Shown in pieces: positions 42,477 through 52,891 of a DNA stretch of 64,000 nucleotides. Below the pieces are notes generated by a model, which was not told where the DNA came from, made no database searches, and was given only the letters and a program-made list of their open reading frames with translations. The position numbers and the translations under genes were made by a program. Source of the DNA: an uncultured Deinococcaceae bacterium (GTDB lineage Bacteria; Deinococcota; Deinococci; Deinococcales; Deinococcaceae); NCBI GenBank assembly GCA_964252075.1, contig CAXULY010000002.1:175974-239973 (forward strand). Direction: 5' to 3'. Every line of letters starts with the position of its first letter. Within the stretch, counting starts at the first letter, position 1.

Positions 42477-42884
42477 GCCATCATCCTAAACGAATATTAA
42501 GTTTCGCTTAGCGTATTCTCACTTTCAAGCCTGGACGTTGCCCCACATGCAGGGCGATGGGCCGCAGACACAGCAAAACTGTTTGCACAAACGGGCGCTG
42601 TTGATGAGGGTTTAAAGTCACTCCACAACAATGGGGCAAGTCGCTGGCTGTCCGCACAGAGCTTTAAGAGGAGCGCAACTCAGGGGTAGGCCGCATGGTG
42701 CAGGCCGGCGTCCTGTCTGGAACGACAAATCTGTAGCATTGGTGCCCAGCCTCTGAGCAACGCAAAGGATACATCTCGATAACACAGGTCAGGGCAAGAA
42801 AAACGCGGCCTGCCAAGGCTCTTTGAATGCGGAAGTCAGACAAACTTCTTGCCACCGGACCTACCAATCCACTATAAAAGACGA

Positions 42885-43460
42885 GTGACCATCATAGTAG
42901 ACAGCACAGGGGTATTGCTCGCGCACCGCATCAAGTTGGAACGTGAGGTTCGCACATGGTCACAGGCAGACCTCGCAGAACGATCGGGCGTCTCGAAGGC
43001 GGCCATCAGCAAGATTGAGCGCGGCGAGATGAGCCCCACCGCAGTGGTCCTTGTACGCCTCGCGGGCGCCTTCGACCTGACCCTCGCCGGCCTGCTCCTA
43101 CGTGCGGAGGGAGAGCGTGGGCGCCTGACGCGCAACGCCGAGCAGCCCCGCTGGCGCGACCCGCAGACCGGCCACCTGCGCCGACAGGTGTTCGCGAGGC
43201 CCGACCACCCACTGGAAGTCGCAGCGATCGACTTACCTGCCGGGCAGCGCGTGACCCTCCCTGCATCCTCGTACACGCACATCCGGCAGCTCGTGTGGGT
43301 GCAGGATGGCACACTCGTCATCGTGGAGGGCGGCGCGCAGCACCAGCTGGCCACTGGCGACTGCCTTGCCTTCGGCGCGCCCGCCGAGGTGACGCTCGCG
43401 AACGAATCGGGCTCTCCCTGCACGTACCTCGTCGTGATTGCGCGGAACGCAACTGCATGA
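42885..43460 (+). CDS. XRE-family HTH regulator with cupin domain
   Basis: WSQADLAERSGVSKAAISKIERGEMSPT; C-terminal cupin; start approximate. Confidence 0.85.
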   Translation: MTIIVDSTGVLLAHRIKLEREVRTWSQADLAERSGVSKAAISKIERGEMSPTAVVLVRLAGAFDLTLAGLLLRAEGERGRLTRNAEQPRWRDPQTGHLRRQVFARPDHPLEVAAIDLPAGQRVTLPASSYTHIRQLVWVQDGTLVIVEGGAQHQLATGDCLAFGAPAEVTLANESGSPCTYLVVIARNATA

Positions 43461-43987
43461 CCGCCCACCGCATCACCGCCCTGAGTGCCGGACCGGACAC
43501 GCACGACCTGCTGGTGGACCTGCTCATTGAGGTGGTGGCGCACGGGGGTTCCGTGGGATTCATGCATCCCCTCGCGCGGGACGAGGCGGCGGCCTTCTGG
43601 GACGGCGCGCTCCAGGGCGCGCAGCGAGGCGGGCGGATCATCCTGGGTGCCTGGGACGGAACCCTGCTCGTCGGCACGGTCAGCCTGCTGCTCGATTGCC
43701 CCCCAAATCAGCCCCACCGCGCGGAGATCGCGAAGATGATGACGCGCGTGCAGCACCGAGGACGCGGCGTGGCGAGCGCCCTGATGCACGCCGCAGAGGC
43801 ACTCGCCGTTCAGCGCGAGCGCCGCCTGCTGGTACTCGACACAGCCACGGATGGCGGCGCGGCGCGCATGTACGAGCGGCTGGGCTTCACGCTCGCTGGC
43901 GAAATTCCGGATTACGCGCTGAAGCCGCACGGCGGGCTCACCGGCACGCTGATCTACTGGAAGCGTATAGGGCCGCCCGCTCCCTGA
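43457..43987 (+). CDS. GNAT acetyltransferase
   Basis: ATGA overlap; GGSVGFM, PNQPHRAEIAK, RGRGVA, LVLDT, YERLG. Confidence 0.85.
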   Translation: MTAHRITALSAGPDTHDLLVDLLIEVVAHGGSVGFMHPLARDEAAAFWDGALQGAQRGGRIILGAWDGTLLVGTVSLLLDCPPNQPHRAEIAKMMTRVQHRGRGVASALMHAAEALAVQRERRLLVLDTATDGGAARMYERLGFTLAGEIPDYALKPHGGLTGTLIYWKRIGPPAP

Positions 43988-44692
43988 TCCGACCATCCAG
44001 TGAAAGCCCACACTCGTACATATGCATCTACGGGCAGATACACGAGATTCATGACTTGACCAGGTGGGAGCGCGGCTTCATGTTGGAGCGCTCGGTGCAC
44101 CTACGTCCTCCTTGGACGCTCACAGGTGAGTAGTACTTTGTCGGACTATTCGCTTACCCACTTTAAGTAGCGTTCTTCTATATGGGTTTAAAGCCCCCAT
44201 GTGGTGTCGATGGGCACGCACACGCGGTGGACTTGTATTCGTAGAGCGCACGGCAGTCCCTGGAGTGGCAGGTGAGCATTTCCGCGATTTAGCTAGGACT
44301 GTCAACCTACAACGCGTTCAGTTGAATGTCAGAAAAGACCAGCAGGGCGTTTTCGGTCGCGGGTGCAGGCGACACCATGACGCAGCGTTTGATGCTGCCG
44401 CCTTCCCACAAACGTTTCAAGGGATGTAGCGTGGGCAACTCTTGAAGGGAATGACCTGTATGGAGCTTCTGGACCTTAGTGTCGTCCTGCTGCAACGGTG
44501 AGCACCATGGTGCACAGCGCGGCGCCACAGGATGCGTAGAGCAACGTCCAAGTCATGGATTTCGCTAGCGATCGTCTTGGACCGCATCGTGGACGTCACC
44601 TTCAGCGTGAGCGTGGCGCTGGTGCCGCATGCGCTCACGCCACTGGAAGTGGACCTGTTAAAGACATCACGCGTGTTCCCCATTGCCGCGCG

Positions 44693-46066
44693 TCACAGCA
44701 GACGGCCCTGCATGCCGCTGCGCAGGCGGGTGCGGAGGTCCCGCAAGATGGTGGCCTGCTCACCAGCCGCGAATCCGCGCAGCACCCAGCGCTTGATCTC
44801 CTGTGGGTTGTCCTGCAGGAGCAGTTCGCGCAGCGCGTCGAACTCATGCGTTTTCAGGTCGTTGCGCAGCATCACCAGCAGCACGCGCATCACTTCCTCT
44901 ACCTGTTGCGGCTTCGGGAGGCGCTCCAGTGCGTCGAGGTCCTTCTCCGCCTGCGCTTCTGCCGCGCGTTTGGCGCTCTCTGCCCGCTGGAGCGCCTCCC
45001 GGGGCGGTTCGGGCGCCACGAAGTCCGTGGGGATCTCGTACTTGTCCGGGTTCGCGACGAGGTCCACGAACAGCGCGGTGCGGCTGCGCGGCTTGAAGCC
45101 CGAGGCGAGCAGCGCTGTGAGGCGGTCCAAGCTGTCCTCCAGGTACGCGCGCGGGTGCAGCCGAATGAGTTGCGTGGCGCGCACACGCGTGAGGCCCGTG
45201 CGGCTCACGAGGTCCGCGAGCAGTTCCGGGTCGGGCGGCTGCTCGACCTCCCCGAACACGTACTCAATCACCTGCTTCTTCCCGCGTCCATGAATCTCCA
45301 CGGCGCGCAGGTACCCGCGTGCCAGCAGTTCCTCGTGCGCGGGTTTCAGGGCGCGCACCACCATGGATGGGCGGTCCGCGATGATCTTGCACGCTTCCGC
45401 CCACTCCATGAGGCCCACCTGGTACACCACCACGCGCTGCTCGGGGCGTTCCGGGTCGAACCGGCGGGCGTCCAGCAGACGGTACAGGGCGCGCGTCGGT
45501 GGTCGGCGCAGGCCCTGCATGAAGGCCAGGTCGAGCGCCTTGAGGTACCCGGCGCGCACGGACCGCACGATCTCGGCGGGCAGATAGATCTTCAGGACGC
45601 TGCCCTCGTCCATCCGTTCCTCCTCTCCCGTGTATTCCAGGCGGTCAATGTACCGGAAGCTGGCGGTCGTCCAGCGGCGCCGGGGGTGGTCGCGCCAGCC
45701 TTCACTGATGAAGTAGTTGGTGGTGAGGAGCCGCTTGAGGGTGGTTTCCAGCGTGGCGTAGTACCGCCCAGAGGTGTCGAGCCCAGCGGTCGTGAGGATC
45801 AGGTAGGGCGTGCAGGTGATGGCGTTGTCGTCTGGCATGCCCTGCTCAATGAACAGGTTGATGAGAGCGGCGCTGATGTCGTTATCAATCCCGTGCGGCA
45901 CGCCGTACTCCGGCATCGCTTGGCAGGTGACGCGATACCGGAAGTTGTGGTCCTGGACCTCGATACTCCACTCGCGGTGGTGCTCGGGAATGCGCTCCTG
46001 AACGCTGATGAGGCTCAGGCGCGCGACGTTGATCTCGTCGAATCGTTTGACCAAGTTGTCTGTCAC
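44693..46066 (-). CDS. repA: Plasmid/chromid replication initiator protein
   Basis: DEINVARLSLIS, VPHGIDND, RALYRLLDA resemble Deinococcus-type Rep; GGGAGGG RBS before GTG 46066; adjacent iterons. Confidence 0.8.
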   Translation of the reverse strand: MTDNLVKRFDEINVARLSLISVQERIPEHHREWSIEVQDHNFRYRVTCQAMPEYGVPHGIDNDISAALINLFIEQGMPDDNAITCTPYLILTTAGLDTSGRYYATLETTLKRLLTTNYFISEGWRDHPRRRWTTASFRYIDRLEYTGEEERMDEGSVLKIYLPAEIVRSVRAGYLKALDLAFMQGLRRPPTRALYRLLDARRFDPERPEQRVVVYQVGLMEWAEACKIIADRPSMVVRALKPAHEELLARGYLRAVEIHGRGKKQVIEYVFGEVEQPPDPELLADLVSRTGLTRVRATQLIRLHPRAYLEDSLDRLTALLASGFKPRSRTALFVDLVANPDKYEIPTDFVAPEPPREALQRAESAKRAAEAQAEKDLDALERLPKPQQVEEVMRVLLVMLRNDLKTHEFDALRELLLQDNPQEIKRWVLRGFAAGEQATILRDLRTRLRSGMQGRLL

Positions 46067-46081
46067 GGCCCTCCCTGCGTG

Positions 46082-46130
46082 TCTGTTGTTTGTTGTTTTT
46101 CTTTCTCTGTTTATTAGTTTAATTGTTGAC
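46082..46130. other. AT-rich tract, putative DNA-unwinding element
   Basis: TCTGTTGTTTGTTGTTTTTCTTTCTCTGTTTATTAGTTTAATTGTTGAC between repA and the iterons. Confidence 0.65.
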
Positions 46131-46180
46131 AACCACACGCGCCCCCTGCCCGCGCGTGCCAGACGCATTCCTGACTAGGA

Positions 46181-46535
46181 AACGGCGCAAGATGTCCGAT
46201 AAAATGGCGCAAGTTGTCCGATACTTCGGCCCGCTCGACGGCGCAAGTTGTCCGAAGTGCTGTCCGGGAACGGCGCAAGGTGTCCGGTACTTTGGCGCAA
46301 GACGTCCGATAGGGGGTGGGACGCGAACGGCGCAAGTTGTCCGATGGGTAGAGCCCCAACGGCGCAAGTTGTCCGATAGGCAGCGGAAGGAACGGCGCAA
46401 GTCGTCCGATGTTCCAGCCAGGCCATCGACTGCTCTTGCTCTGCCGCGCCAGGAGCGAATTTTCTGGGACATGTCCTCTAAAACGGCGCAAGTTGTCCGA
46501 TAGTTAGAGTTGCCAAACGGCGCAAGTTGTCCGAT
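46181..46535 (+). repeat. Iteron array: ten copies of AACGGCGCAAGTTGTCCGAT
   Basis: Starts 46181, 46203, 46237, 46269, 46291, 46326, 46358, 46391, 46482, 46516. Confidence 0.9.
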
Positions 46536-46867
46536 ACGGAATTTGGAGGGGTGCAGGAGAGAAGCGGACCACATACGTCCGTACCGAACCCCAGTTCCAG
46601 CAGTAAGAGTTAACCCATGCAAAGGCGAGGGCCACTGGTGAATGACCGCTGTTGTCTGAATGTTCAGTGGTCTTTGCCCAGATTGGCCGCGGGCTTCTTT
46701 TAATACGCCAGTCACGCTGGAGGCGCTTTTTGCAGGAGGGTCACGCGGCGTTTCAGGTACCGATCATTCGCCACGTCGACGCGGAGCGCTCGCTTCCCGG
46801 AGGCGTACCTAGATGCTCAACGACGGGCTTATGCTTGATGGCTGAAGTTTGGCAATCGCAGCGCGCC

Positions 46868-47278
46868 TCAGTTGCTGGGTGGACGGATGTTGAGGTGCAG
46901 CCAGTACAGGCCGAGGGTCGTCACGAGGTGCTGTAAGGCGTCGGCCTGCACCGGCTTGACGAGGTATGAGTTCACGCCCAGGCCGTACGCGCCTCGCACG
47001 TCCTGCGGCTCATTCGAGGTGGTCAGCACCACCACCGGCACCAGCGCGAGTCGCGCCTGACCGCGCAGCCACGCCAGCACCTCCAGCCCACCCAGGCGGG
47101 GTAGTTTCAGGTCCAGCAGCACGAGGTCCGGCACGCCGTCCTCCGCGAGGGCACGCACCGCCTGCTCTCCGTCACGCACCACCTGCAGGGACACGTCGTA
47201 CTGTGCGTGGCGGAAGGCGCGCTGAATGAACAGCACGTCGTCGGCGCTGTCCTCAATCAGCAGCACGGTGGAGGTCAC
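46868..47278 (-). CDS. Single-domain response regulator
   Basis: LLIEDSADD, LLDLKLP, LTTS, NSYLVKP; overlaps kinase stop. Confidence 0.9.
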   Translation of the reverse strand: MTSTVLLIEDSADDVLFIQRAFRHAQYDVSLQVVRDGEQAVRALAEDGVPDLVLLDLKLPRLGGLEVLAWLRGQARLALVPVVVLTTSNEPQDVRGAYGLGVNSYLVKPVQADALQHLVTTLGLYWLHLNIRPPSN

Positions 47279-49119
47279 GCTGCGGACCCCGCGAGCGGCA
47301 GCTCGAACCAGAAGCGGCTGCCGCCTCCAGCACCCGCCGCCAATCCCACCCGTCCGTTCATGCGCTCCAGTCCTTTCTGCACGATGGCCAGCCCGACGCC
47401 CGTACCAGGGTACTGCTCCACGGTGTGCAGGCGCTCGAATACCCGGAAGATGCGCTGCGCGTGGCGCGCCTCCACGCCGATGCCGTTGTCCTCCACCCAC
47501 ACGCGGGTGTGGTCATCGCGCGTCTCCGACCACACCCGCACCTGCGGCTGTACGCCGGGCACCACGAATTTCAGGGCGTTGCCGAGCAGGTTCATCAGCA
47601 CCTGCCGCAGGGTCGTCTCGTGCGCGAGCACAAGTGGGAGCGGCTCCGTGACGGTCACCTGGGCGTGGCGCGCCTCGATTTCCAACTGCAGGTCCGCGAG
47701 GGCGCGCGCGAGCACCTCCCCGAGCGGCACGCGCCGCACCTCCAGTGCCGAGCGGCTGATGTGGCTGTACGCCAGCAGGTCACGGATGAGTTCGTCCATG
47801 CGCCCGGCGTTGTGCTCGATCCGGCGCAGCATGCTGCGCCCATCGTCGTCCAGGGTGTCTCCGTAGTCCTCCAGCACAGCGTTCGCGAAGCCGTTGATGG
47901 AGCGCAGCGGGGCGCGCAGGTCGTGCGCGACGGTATACGCGAAGGCCTCCAGTTCCTCGTTCGCGGCGGTGAGCTGCGCGGTGCGTTCATCCACGCGCCG
48001 TTCCAGCGTGCGCGCGAAGTCCGCGAGGCGCTGTTCGGCGCCCTTGCGGGCCGTGATGTCCCAGTTCACCTCCAGGATCGCGCGCAACTGGCCGCGCTCG
48101 TCGCGCCGCGTCGCCTGGCGGCTGAGCACCACGATGGGCGTTCCGTCCCGGCGGCGGTGCGTGAGTTCCCCCTCCCAGAAGCCTACGGTCGCGAGCGCGT
48201 CGTCCACGGCTTCGCGGGAGATGGGGAACTGGGTGTGCAGCAGGTCGTGCGTGACGCGGCCGAGGGCCTCCCCTACCGGGTAACCGTACATGTGGACGGC
48301 CGCGTGGTTCCAGCCCACCACGCGGCTCTCTGGGTCACGCAGAATCACGGTCTCATTCGCGAGGGTCAGGAGATCGCTCTGCTCGCGCAGCACCCGCGTC
48401 TGCTCCTGCAGGGCGCGTTCGGCGCGGCGGGCCTCGGTGATCTCGAGGGCCAGGGCCGCCGCGCCCAGCACGCGGCCCGTGCGGGAGCGCAGCGGATACT
48501 GGTTCACCATCCACACGCGCTGCTCGCCGGGCCGCGCGGGCGTCTCCCCCATCACCTCCACGGGCGGCACCCGGGCGCCCGTGCGAATGGTGTCCTGAAG
48601 GCCGCGCTCCACGTCAAGCGGAATATTCGGCAGCAGGTCGCTCACGAGGCGCCCCAGGTGGTCGTGGGCACGGACGCCGTTCATGGTGGCCAGCGCGCGG
48701 TTCACGTACATGTAACGCGCGTCCGTGTCGAACAGCGCGAAGCCCACGGGCGCCTGATCGAAGGCTTCGGTGAAAAGCGCGAGGGCGTCGCCGGCCTCCG
48801 GGAGGTGCGTCTCCAGGGTGTGCAGCCAGGTGCCCCCGGTGGGCCCAGCCGACCACCGCCGCCAGCGGCTCCCGGCTTCCAGCGTGTGCGTGAATGGGAC
48901 GGCGCTGTCGAGGGCCTGGGTCCAGTGGGACGCCATGGCGGTGCGTTCGGGCTCCGCGAGATCGAGGGCGTCCAGCAGGGACGCATCGGGCCTGAGGTCG
49001 GACGCGGCGGCTCGGTAGGCGCGGTTGGTGCCCACCACGCGGCCTTCGCCGTCCGTGAGGAACGCGGGCTGAGCAAGGGCCTCCAGCACGCGTTGCGCCC
49101 ACTCAGGAACCACCGTCAT
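47275..49119 (-). CDS. Multi-PAS sensor histidine kinase
   Basis: PAS repeats; AHDLRAPLR, NLLGNALKF, DNGIG, GTGVGL. Confidence 0.9.
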   Translation of the reverse strand: MTVVPEWAQRVLEALAQPAFLTDGEGRVVGTNRAYRAAASDLRPDASLLDALDLAEPERTAMASHWTQALDSAVPFTHTLEAGSRWRRWSAGPTGGTWLHTLETHLPEAGDALALFTEAFDQAPVGFALFDTDARYMYVNRALATMNGVRAHDHLGRLVSDLLPNIPLDVERGLQDTIRTGARVPPVEVMGETPARPGEQRVWMVNQYPLRSRTGRVLGAAALALEITEARRAERALQEQTRVLREQSDLLTLANETVILRDPESRVVGWNHAAVHMYGYPVGEALGRVTHDLLHTQFPISREAVDDALATVGFWEGELTHRRRDGTPIVVLSRQATRRDERGQLRAILEVNWDITARKGAEQRLADFARTLERRVDERTAQLTAANEELEAFAYTVAHDLRAPLRSINGFANAVLEDYGDTLDDDGRSMLRRIEHNAGRMDELIRDLLAYSHISRSALEVRRVPLGEVLARALADLQLEIEARHAQVTVTEPLPLVLAHETTLRQVLMNLLGNALKFVVPGVQPQVRVWSETRDDHTRVWVEDNGIGVEARHAQRIFRVFERLHTVEQYPGTGVGLAIVQKGLERMNGRVGLAAGAGGGSRFWFELPLAGSAA

Positions 49120-49278
49120 GCGCGGGCCGACGAACGGGAAGCGAGAAGGTGTAGGTGGGCGTGCCGCGCGGATGAAGCCACACCCGACACGATAGCCGCG
49201 CCGCTCCTGTGATACGTCCGTGCCTGACCTTAATTGTTCATGGACTGACGCGTGAGGCGCGTTGCCTATAGTGGAGTG

Positions 49279-50922
49279 GTGCCGCGCAGCACCCCCGCTC
49301 CCCTGAGCGCCGATGCCATCGACGTGCTGGCGGTGCTGTCGCATGCGGGACGTCTGTTAGGCGCAGCGCGAGACACCGGGGCGGTGGAGGGCGCACTTCG
49401 TGCGGCGCTCGTGCCGCAGCTCGTCAGCGCGTGTGATTTGCGGCTCGGCTCGGCGGCGGGCGAGAACTCCTCGGTGCAGTTCCCACTGTCCGTGCGTGGG
49501 CGCACGCTGGGAACGCTCAGCGTCACCCCAGACCCCACGCTGGACGGGCCGCAGCTGCGCTCGCTGCTGGCCCTCGTCGCGGACCGCGCCGCGCTGGAAC
49601 TGCAGGCGCTGGGCGCGGGTGCGGTCGGGGCGGCGGACAGCGCCCTGGAGCGGGCGGTGGAGGCGCGCACGCTGCAGTTCTTCCAGGCGAGCAGTGAGCT
49701 GGCGGCCCGCAACCGCGCGCTGGAGGCGTTCGCGTCGCTCACACGGGAGTTCGCCACGGAGACCAGCTTCCTGCGGCTCGTGACGCGCGCCCAGGAGACG
49801 CTGCTCGCGCTGCTGCCTGAAGGCGTGAGCGCGTACCTCGAACCTGAAGGCGCGCAGTGGCAGGTGCGCCAGCTGGTCGGCAACCTGCGCAACGAGGCGC
49901 TGCGCGACGCCCTCGCCCATGGCTTCCCGCGCGGACCGCTCGCTGCCTTCGAGGAGGCGTTCCAGCACGGCACCGCCAGCTTCGAGCACGTGGTGCCGCC
50001 GGAAGTGCAGGCGGCCTTCCCGCACCTGTTCGCGCAGATCGGGGCGCTCGCCGTCTTGCCGCTGCGCGTGCAAGGCGAGACGCGGGGCGTGCTGGCCGTC
50101 GCGCTCTTCCGGCAGCGCGTGTGGCTGACCGCGGACCGGGCGCTGCTCACCACCGCCGTGCGGCAGCTGCAGGTGGCACTTGAACGTTCGGAGGCCCTCA
50201 CGAAAGTCGCCGAGCAGCACGTTCAGCTCCAGGCACGGTCCGAGGAACTCGCGGAGTTGAACCGCGAGTTGGAGGCCTTCTCGTACAGTGTGTCGCACGA
50301 CCTGCAGGCGCCGCTGCGGCACATCATGGGCTTCGCGGACCTCGCGCGCCGCGCACAGCCGGACGCGCCCGGCACGCCGTACCTGAACCGCATCACCCAC
50401 TCAGCCGAACGCATGTCGGCGCTGATCGAATTGCTGCTGGCGCACGCCCGGCTAGGTCGCCAGCCGCTGCAGCGCAGGCCGGTGAGTCTCGCGGCCCTCG
50501 TGTGGGACGTGCAGCAGGAACTCGCGCCGGACGCGGAGGGCCGCTGCGTGCGGTGGGTCGTGGGGGACCTGCCGGTCGTGCGGGGCGACCCGGCGCTGCT
50601 GCGACTGGCGGTGCAGAACCTGCTGTCGAACGCGCTGAAGTACACGCGAGGCCGTGCAGAGGCGGTGGTAAAGGTCACGGCGGACGTGCAGGGCGACGAA
50701 GTGGTGCTTGTCGTGCGGGACAACGGCGCGGGCTTCAATCCGAAGTATGCCGCGCGGCTCTTCACGGCCTTCGGACGGCTGCACAAGCAGGAGGACTTCG
50801 AAGGCAACGGGGTGGGGCTCGCAAATGTGCGGCGCATCGTCGCGCGCCACGGTGGGCGCGTGTGGGCGGAGGGACAGCCGGGTGGTGGCGCTGCGTTTTT
50901 CGTGGCCTTGCCGCGCACCTAG
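49279..50922 (+). CDS. GAF-domain sensor histidine kinase
   Basis: GAF-like segments; SHDLQAPLRH, NLLSNALKY, DNGAGF, GNGVGL; -10 TATAGT 6 nt before GTG. Confidence 0.85.
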   Translation: MPRSTPAPLSADAIDVLAVLSHAGRLLGAARDTGAVEGALRAALVPQLVSACDLRLGSAAGENSSVQFPLSVRGRTLGTLSVTPDPTLDGPQLRSLLALVADRAALELQALGAGAVGAADSALERAVEARTLQFFQASSELAARNRALEAFASLTREFATETSFLRLVTRAQETLLALLPEGVSAYLEPEGAQWQVRQLVGNLRNEALRDALAHGFPRGPLAAFEEAFQHGTASFEHVVPPEVQAAFPHLFAQIGALAVLPLRVQGETRGVLAVALFRQRVWLTADRALLTTAVRQLQVALERSEALTKVAEQHVQLQARSEELAELNRELEAFSYSVSHDLQAPLRHIMGFADLARRAQPDAPGTPYLNRITHSAERMSALIELLLAHARLGRQPLQRRPVSLAALVWDVQQELAPDAEGRCVRWVVGDLPVVRGDPALLRLAVQNLLSNALKYTRGRAEAVVKVTADVQGDEVVLVVRDNGAGFNPKYAARLFTAFGRLHKQEDFEGNGVGLANVRRIVARHGGRVWAEGQPGGGAAFFVALPRT

Positions 50923-51001
50923 AGCCGGCTCTCAGCTGACACAGGGGTTTGCCCCGTACCCTTGGTGGGAACGCCTTTCCCATCGTCTCTGGAGGTCGCC
51001 C

Positions 51002-51451
51002 GTGTCGTCACCCGATGCCCCCACGCCCATGCTCCCACCGCACGTGCTGCTGATTGAGGATCACCCAGATGACGCGGACCTCATCCGCCGGGCGCTCGCT
51101 GAGCGTGGCGTGCACGACCTGACCGTCATCACGCACGGCGCGGCGGCGCTCGATTACCTGCGGCGCCAGGGGACCTTCTTGGGCCGAGCAGAAAGCGACC
51201 CCGCGCTGATCCTGCTGGACCTCGGCCTGCCCGACATGAACGGCCTGGAAGTGCTGGAGGCGCTGCGGGGCGACGCGTCGCTGCGGCACGTGCCGGTCGT
51301 GGTGCTGACCATCAGCGAGGAGGAGGCGCACCGCGCGCGCAGTTTCGAGACGGGTGCAAACCTCTTTATCAGCAAACCCGCGCACCCGGCGGAGTTCGCC
51401 GCAACAGTGCGCGCGATCAGCGCCTTCTGGCTGGGCATGAGCGGCTCCTGA
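51002..51451 (+). CDS. Single-domain response regulator
   Basis: LLIEDHPDD, LLDLGLP, FISKP; GGAGG before GTG 51002 (ATG 51029 alternative). Confidence 0.85.
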   Translation: MSSPDAPTPMLPPHVLLIEDHPDDADLIRRALAERGVHDLTVITHGAAALDYLRRQGTFLGRAESDPALILLDLGLPDMNGLEVLEALRGDASLRHVPVVVLTISEEEAHRARSFETGANLFISKPAHPAEFAATVRAISAFWLGMSGS

Positions 51452-52066
51452 GGTGATGCCTGCGTGGAGCGTGGCGCCTCTTCCCTCCCCTCTGTGTGGG
51501 CAGCGCGGTCACCTGCTTTTACACAGCATGGCGGCCATGCACAACAGCATTACGTTGATGAGTTTGAGGTCGAGTTCAACGGATTCATCCGCGCCACGAG
51601 CCTTCAGGAGGAAGGGCAGCGCGAGGACGTTGGAGACTGTTTGAGCTGACGGGCCACGGTAGCGTTGATGGCGGTACACGAGAAAGCGCCACGCAGTTAT
51701 AAGCGGAGACAGCCGATCAGTAACGCAACAGGCATGCAGCGCTCTGAGTTGGTCGAGTGGGAGGCGTTTGAAGTCGCTGCGCTAGAAGAAGTGGCTGATG
51801 AAATTCAGGTGTCGTGTCATGCGCATCCGGAAGCCGTATGCCACCTTCTGCGGCCACTCGGCCCACAGCCCGTTGTGGGTAGTGGTGATAGAGCCTTCAG
51901 CGACTGACGTGTAGGTCGGCAGCGAGTCAACTATGTGAAGCGTTCACGCCTGCCGTGTTCTTCATACCAACGAAGTAGCCATGCCGTCCCGGCTGCTCAT
52001 GCACGTCGGCCTTGATGGTATACCAAGTACACAGGACTAAAACCGCCTGCTGGCGCTGAAAAAGTT

Positions 52067-52088
52067 TGGGTCACAACGTTGTGACCCA
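52067..52088. promoter_or_regulatory. Perfect 22-bp palindrome upstream of parA (candidate parS or operator)
   Basis: TGGGTCACAAC-GTTGTGACCCA. Confidence 0.6.
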
Positions 52089-52120
52089 GGTGCTGCGATG
52101 GGGTATTGTTGAGGCAATCC

Positions 52121-52891
52121 ATGAATGTCATGACGTTCTTCAATCATGTCGGCGGAGCGGGGAAAAGCTCGCTCACGCGCGACGTCGGTTACACCTTCGG
52201 GACCTGGGGACTCAGAACCCTGCTGGTGGACCTGGACCCCCAGGCGAACCTCTCCTCCTGGCTCGGTGTACGCGGCGTGCCTCAGGAACGCACCGTGCAT
52301 GACACCGCAGTGGACGACGCGCCTCTGCCCGAGCCCTACCGTACCTTCGGCGTCGATCTCATTCCCAGCAACATTGGGCTGGCGCTAGCCGAGGCGCGGA
52401 TGCTGGGGGTCACTGGGGCTCAACTGCACCTGCGAACCCGCCTGCGGGATTTGCAGGACCAGTACGACGCCGTACTGATTGACTCTCCGCCCTCCCTGGG
52501 CCAGCTGAGCGTCCTGGGCGCCATCGCGGCGGACCACATCATTGTGCCTGTCCCGACGCGCGAGAAGGGCATCAGCGGCATTGAGGGCGTCAGTCACGCC
52601 ATCCGGTCGTACCGCAAGCTGAACCCCAACCTCGCAGTGTCCCTGTTCGTACCGACCCTGTACGACCGCCGACAGCTTCACGACAAGGAGGCGCTGGCGA
52701 GCATGCGCGAACGCCTCTCGCCCCTGGCAAGTCCCATCCCGTACCGCGCGGCGGTCTGGAATGACTCCACATCCGCTCAGCAGCCGGTCGGCATCTATGC
52801 ACCAGGAAGCGAGACGCACCAGCACATCCTGACGCTCGCCGAGGAGATCGCGCGGGCGGTGGGCCTTCCCGTAGGGGCGCGCCGTGGCTAA
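52121..52891 (+). CDS. parA: ParA-family partition ATPase
   Basis: NHVGGAGKSS deviant Walker A, DLDPQANL, IDSPPSLG. Confidence 0.9.
   Translation: MNVMTFFNHVGGAGKSSLTRDVGYTFGTWGLRTLLVDLDPQANLSSWLGVRGVPQERTVHDTAVDDAPLPEPYRTFGVDLIPSNIGLALAEARMLGVTGAQLHLRTRLRDLQDQYDAVLIDSPPSLGQLSVLGAIAADHIIVPVPTREKGISGIEGVSHAIRSYRKLNPNLAVSLFVPTLYDRRQLHDKEALASMRERLSPLASPIPYRAAVWNDSTSAQQPVGIYAPGSETHQHILTLAEEIARAVGLPVGARRG

Noticed and set aside
43990..44690. Short ORFs in lower-GC intergenic DNA (also 42480-42880, 51452-52060)
   Set aside because: No RBS, atypical codon use, no domain motifs; cannot be supported as genes or IS remnants without a search
46181..46535. Direct-repeat array as CRISPR
   Set aside because: Gaps are mostly 2-15 nt, repeats are 20 nt and degenerate, no cas genes, and repA is adjacent; iterons fit better
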